Below, piece by piece: positions 62,211-64,000 of a stretch of 64,000 nt of DNA. The notes under the pieces were generated by a model. The model saw only the letters and a list, made by a program, of their open reading frames with translations. It searched no databases and was not told the origin of the DNA. How positions within the stretch are numbered: the stretch's first letter is position 1; every line of letters begins with the position of its first letter. Both the position numbers and the translations under genes were made by a program. Source of the stretch: Callorhinchus milii (lineage: Eukaryota); contig NW_024704743.1 in assembly GCF_018977255.1 (NCBI RefSeq), positions 48,982,001-49,046,000 of the forward strand, in the 5' to 3' direction.

Positions 62211-63009
62211 CAATATTATTTTTTTAAACAGAATATTTCACAAAGCTGTTTAACACATTTCTCTCTGTGAGCCTTCCAGTTTTGTTATTAAATTAATAAC
62301 ACCCTCCCAAGATGAATGATTCTTTGAGGGTCTCTACATTTAGTGTTCAGGAAAATCATTTTCCGCTTCTCGTCTGGTCTATAAATCTACAAACCGTGGC
62401 ATTATGTATTTATCATTAGGGACTTTATTATAAACTACAATACTACAAAAATCTTTACCTTTGAAGATTCACTCCTATGAAGTTTGGTCTCATGTTTTGC
62501 CACATTGCAAGAATTTTCTTTGGTGATATTCTTATAACAGCTTTTTGAATTGGTTCACGTGAAATGAAATAGATTGTTCATTTCAGCAAAAGCAGGTTAA
62601 AGCACTTAAAGCCAAGTACATAAAATCTTACACCTAATTTATTTTAGGTAATGAAACTTTCCCTTTCGATCATGCTAGTGAATAATTTCCATGAAATGCT
62701 ATGAACAGATTGAGCTGATGTCTTGGATATCTGTACTGTATTAGTGTTGCAAATTGACATCATATATTACAATTTATAACAACAGAATTCACAACAATTT
62801 AAGTAGTGTCGACAATTCATTTTACTGGTCAAGCGCCAGAATTTATGATGTAATAATGAACAAAAACAAATTTGAACCAAAATACATTTTTTTAAATTAA
62901 GGCATAAATTAAGAGTAAGGATATTGAATTGAAAATCTTCTAATTCCGAAGAGGGTATTGGGGGTACGACAAAAGGCTGTACCAATGGGATCAATGGAAC
63001 CAATGGGAC

Positions 63010-63440
63010 ACCCACCCTTGCCCGGCTCCACTGGCTCCCCATCCCTCAGAGGATCGAGTTCAAAATTCTCATCCTCACCTTCAAGGCCCTCCAGGGCCTT
63101 GTCCCCTCCTACCTCCCCGACCTGGTATCAACCATATCAACCTGTCCGCTCCCTCTGCTCAGCAGGCTCCGGCCTGCTCCATGTCCCCAGCCCGGCCCAG
63201 CACACCATTGGTGGTCGAGCCTTCAACCTCTCCGTCCCCACCCTCTGGAACTCCATCCCACATCCCCTTCACTCCACTCCCTCCTTTTCCTCCTTCAATG
63301 CACGACTCAAGACCCTCCTCTTCGACAATGCCTTCGGCCACCCTCCTGCCCTCTCTGCCCTCCAGGAGGGTCCTAATCCCAGACTGTTCAGCGTCTTGGG
63401 ACATGAAAGGCGCTTTACAAATGTAATTTTGTATTGTATT
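63010..63440 (+). mobile_element. L2 LINE 3' fragment
   Basis: LARLHWLPIPQRIEFKILILTFK; YQPVRSLCSAGSGLL...TIGGRAFNLSVPTLWNSIP...FNARLKTLLFDNAF; (tattg)n tail. Confidence 0.95.
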
Positions 63441-63874
63441 AAAAAATCTACGAAAATCTACCGAACTGATCCAATAAGCTGAAAGGGCTGAATGGCCTAT
63501 TTCGGTTCCTGTTTTCTTATCTTCCGAAAAGTTTCCCCCTTTTAAGAGTGCCTTCATTTAGGACTAAAAGTCTGGAATTCCTTATGAAATTTGTTCAACA
63601 ATCGGGAAAAATCACAAAAGGATTGTGCTCCTGAAGGCCTGTAATAGTCACTTTGTGGCCAGTATTTTCCTTTCTCACCTTCTGTCAGACTTTTCAAGCC
63701 TTTTCTAGGTCAAAAAATGCCAGCCGTGATAAACCGGGAGTCAGGATTGTGTAAATCCCTAAAAGTCTAACAAAATATCATCCTCAAATCAACAAATCAA
63801 TCTTTGTTAAACCTCTTGGATTGTGATTCCTCCCCCACACACCCAATTTATTATTCAAATTGAATCCCACAAAC

Positions 63875-64000
63875 TGGAAGCCTGAGAACTATTAGGGAAG
63901 GACAAGTTTGCAGAGATATGGGGAGAGCAGGGGAGTGGGATTGAATTGGATAGCTCTTTTCACAGAGCCAGCACAGACCGGATTGCCCGAATGGCCTCCT
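63875..64000 (+). mobile_element. CR1 3' end (runs off the window)
   Basis: gatatggggagagcaggggagtggga...ggatagctctttt...agagccagcacagac...ccgaatggcctcct. Confidence 0.85.

Noticed and set aside
62958..63557. Longest ORFs of the track (174 aa and 132 aa)
   Set aside because: Frameshifted sense and antisense readings of an L2 fragment.

Overview
Non-coding, AT-rich vertebrate genomic DNA. The repeat content points to a cartilaginous fish, probably a holocephalan such as the elephant shark (an inference, not verified). I can support no host protein-coding exon, rRNA, true tRNA or CRISPR array. Every ORF I recognise is a transposon relic: CR1 and L2 reverse-transcriptase C-termini, and one KRBA2/SCAND3-like (Ginger2/Tdd-type) integrase C-terminus. 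The window is dominated by L2-tailed SINEs of three ages: an old SacSINE1/AmnSINE1-like Deu-SINE, and two younger subfamilies with tRNA-Ala(UGC) heads. Other elements are CR1 and L2 3' fragments, Penelope pseudo-LTR fragments carrying minimal hammerhead ribozyme motifs, a TA-flanked Tigger/pogo-like element, a palindromic MITE family and an ancient LF-SINE/UCON-like SINE. Repeat-poor islands between them look like conserved non-coding/enhancer DNA of a gene desert or large intron. Most interesting: the hammerhead motifs, SINE/L2 3' stem-loop variants with a conserved stem and swapped loop, the modular SINE history, the Ginger-like relic, Pbx/Meis-decamer hairpins inside the Tigger-like element, and recurrent fold-back junctions. 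Boundaries of degenerate repeats are approximate, and family names are recalled by eye rather than from a database search.
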